937 nucleotides of DNA from a phage. Shown here one piece after another: positions 1 to 937 of the stretch (position 1 is its first letter; every line of letters begins with the position of its first letter). The stretch lies in sequence record AB841361.1, one strand, 5' to 3'. A model generated the notes under the pieces. It saw only the letters and a program-made list of their open reading frames with translations, ran no database searches and was not told the origin of the DNA. Position numbers and translations under genes: made by a program.

Positions 1-456
1 TTACGCCAGCTTGCAGAATTCCTCAACAACCCGGCAAACACAGGAAATATCGTAGACAGTGGAGATAAATACTACATCAAGCCTGATGCGGTATACCTCG
101 GCATCTACGAAGGATTAGTGCTGGCTGGCGTTCATGAAGTGCGTAACTTCTGGCATAGCGTTGTTGAATGCCATGCTGTGTACGACCCCGGATTCCGTGG
201 CGAATATGCACTGCAAGGGCATCGATTATTCTGCAAATGGCTTCTCGAAAACTCACCATTTCTTAACAGCATCACCATGGTTCCTGACACCACCAAATAC
301 GGACGGGCAATTATCCGTTTGCTTGGCGCTACCCGTGTTGGTCACCTTGATGATGCTTATACCAGCAATGGAAAGCCTGTAGGCATCACGATTTATCAGT
401 TACCGCGCTCAAAATACGAGGAGCTAAAGAATGTTAATTTTCCAGATTGCCAATAA
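1..456 (+). CDS. 5'-partial CDS encoding a hypothetical protein (C-terminal 151 aa visible); possibly a P22 gene-14-like virion assembly protein. Ends ...YQLPRSKYEELKNVNFPDCQ*
   Basis: Frame 1 has no stop from base 1 to TAA at 454-456 (151 sense codons), while frames 2 and 3 both hit stops within the first 90 nt (TAG 53-55; TAA 88-90). The translation has mixed, globular-like composition (aromatics, charged residues, Cys/His). The ORF track starts it at GTG 118, but only a weak AAGGA (110-114) sits 3 nt upstream, so an upstream start outside the window is more likely. The functional label is inference from genomic context only. Confidence 0.8.
   Translation, partial: LRQLAEFLNNPANTGNIVDSGDKYYIKPDAVYLGIYEGLVLAGVHEVRNFWHSVVECHAVYDPGFRGEYALQGHRLFCKWLLENSPFLNSITMVPDTTKYGRAIIRLLGATRVGHLDDAYTSNGKPVGITIYQLPRSKYEELKNVNFPDCQ
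418..423 (+). promoter_or_regulatory. Shine-Dalgarno / ribosome-binding site for CDS B, embedded in the 3' end of CDS A
   Basis: GAGGAG is a strong match to the anti-SD complement, with a 7-nt spacer (ctaaaga) to ATG 431. It lies inside the CDS A coding region, where it encodes Glu-Glu, consistent with translational coupling. Confidence 0.7.
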
Positions 457-937
457 GCACCTCAGCAAAGCTGTTTACTGCAAAGGCGGCAGTGATGGCG
501 GTTCAAAAGCCCAGGCACGCGCAACTGAAAAGGGTATCGAATTGCAGCGTGAAATGTGGCAAACGAACATGCAAAACCTAGCACCGTTCACGCCACTCGC
601 TCAACAGTACGTATCAGAGTTGCAGAATCTTTCCTCTCTTCAGGGGCAAGGTCAGGCGCTTAACCAGTATTACAACTCCCAGCAGTATAAAGACCTTGCA
701 GGGCAGGCGCGCTATCAGAGTCTGGCAGCAGCAGAGGCAACTGGTGGATTAGGCTCTACAGCAACAGGAAACCAGTTAGCAGCAATCGCACCTACACTCG
801 GTCAAAACTGGCTGTCAAGTCAGATGAACAACTACAACAATCTGGCAAATATCGGCCTTGGTGCTCTTACAGGTCAGGCAAATGCCGGACAGAACTACGC
901 TAACAACGTCAGCCAATTGTATCAACAGCAGGCGGCA
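431..937 (+). CDS. 3'-partial CDS (169 codons visible) encoding a Gln/Asn/Ala/Gly-rich low-complexity protein; putative phage ejection / DNA-transfer (internal virion) protein, P22 gp7-like. N-terminus MLIFQIANKHLSKAVYCKGGSDGGSKAQARATEKGIELQREMWQ...
   Basis: ATG 431-433 is the first start after the frame-2 stop at TAA 425-427, and GAGGAG (418-423) lies 7 nt upstream. The frame stays open for 169 codons to the window end, ending on a complete codon at 935-937. It is absent from the ORF track only because no stop occurs in the window. The functional call rests on composition and position after CDS A, with no homology search run. Confidence 0.88.
   Translation, partial: MLIFQIANKHLSKAVYCKGGSDGGSKAQARATEKGIELQREMWQTNMQNLAPFTPLAQQYVSELQNLSSLQGQGQALNQYYNSQQYKDLAGQARYQSLAAAEATGGLGSTATGNQLAAIAPTLGQNWLSSQMNNYNNLANIGLGALTGQANAGQNYANNVSQLYQQQAA

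Noticed and set aside
77-259. 60-aa ORF on the minus strand from the ORF track
   Set aside because: It lies entirely antisense to the much longer frame-1 CDS A, is short, Arg/His-rich as expected for an antisense read-through of coding sequence, and has no recognisable RBS; most likely a spurious ORF.
134-382. 82-aa + strand ORF in frame 2 from the ORF track
   Set aside because: It is completely nested, out of frame, within the longer frame-1 CDS A, and its translation is Cys/Leu/Thr-rich with a hydrophobic tail typical of off-frame artefacts; no independent start signal supports it.
118-456. ORF-track model of CDS A starting at GTG 118 (112 aa)
   Set aside because: Frame 1 is open with no stop all the way to base 1 and the RBS for GTG 118 is weak and poorly spaced; treated as the 3' part of a longer, window-truncated gene rather than a complete 112-aa gene, though not fully excluded.
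463-490. Short direct and inverted repeats (cagcaaagctg; gcaaag at 466-471 and 480-485) near the start of CDS B
   Set aside because: The stems are at most 4 bp and the repeats are 6-nt words inside coding sequence; too weak to be a terminator, attenuator or operator and readily explained by chance.
554-556. Alternative in-frame ATG start for CDS B (Met within ...LQREMWQ...)
   Set aside because: The upstream ATG at 431 has a strong, well-spaced GAGGAG and is the first start after the frame-2 stop; no comparable SD precedes 554.
590-937. Possibility that the cag/gca-rich region is a non-coding tandem repeat or CRISPR-like array
   Set aside because: There are no exact repeat units or regular spacing, and the region keeps a single stop-free reading frame for over 110 codons with coherent low-complexity protein composition, so it is coding low complexity rather than a repeat array.
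1-937. A novel defence or toxin-antitoxin system, as hinted by the task prompt
   Set aside because: The window holds only two partial, co-directional, overlapping structural-looking genes, with no nuclease, ATPase, methyltransferase or other enzymatic motifs that I can recognise and no regulatory architecture suggestive of such systems; claiming one would be unsupported.

Overview
This 937-bp window is almost entirely coding on the + strand, with two overlapping genes that both run off the window edges. CDS A (frame 1, 1..456) is open from base 1 and ends at TAA 454-456, so it is probably 5'-truncated by the window. CDS B (frame 2, 431..937) starts at an ATG preceded by a strong Shine-Dalgarno (GAGGAG 418-423), overlaps the end of CDS A by 26 nt and is still open at the last base; the supplied ORF track misses it because it has no stop in the window. 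CDS A encodes an ordinary globular-looking polypeptide. CDS B encodes a Gln/Asn/Ala/Gly-rich, low-complexity protein with a short hydrophobic-basic N-terminal segment followed by a Gly/Ser linker. My best, unverified reading is that this is the virion-morphogenesis/ejection-protein region of a P22-like podovirus or prophage in an enterobacterial host (gene 14-like / gene 7-like junction). That assignment rests on composition, gene arrangement and recollection, not on a search. I see no rRNA, tRNA, CRISPR array, IS/transposon ends, intergenic promoter or terminator. Nothing in this window supports a claim of a novel defence or other multi-gene system; the honest content is two phage-like structural genes with a translationally coupled junction.
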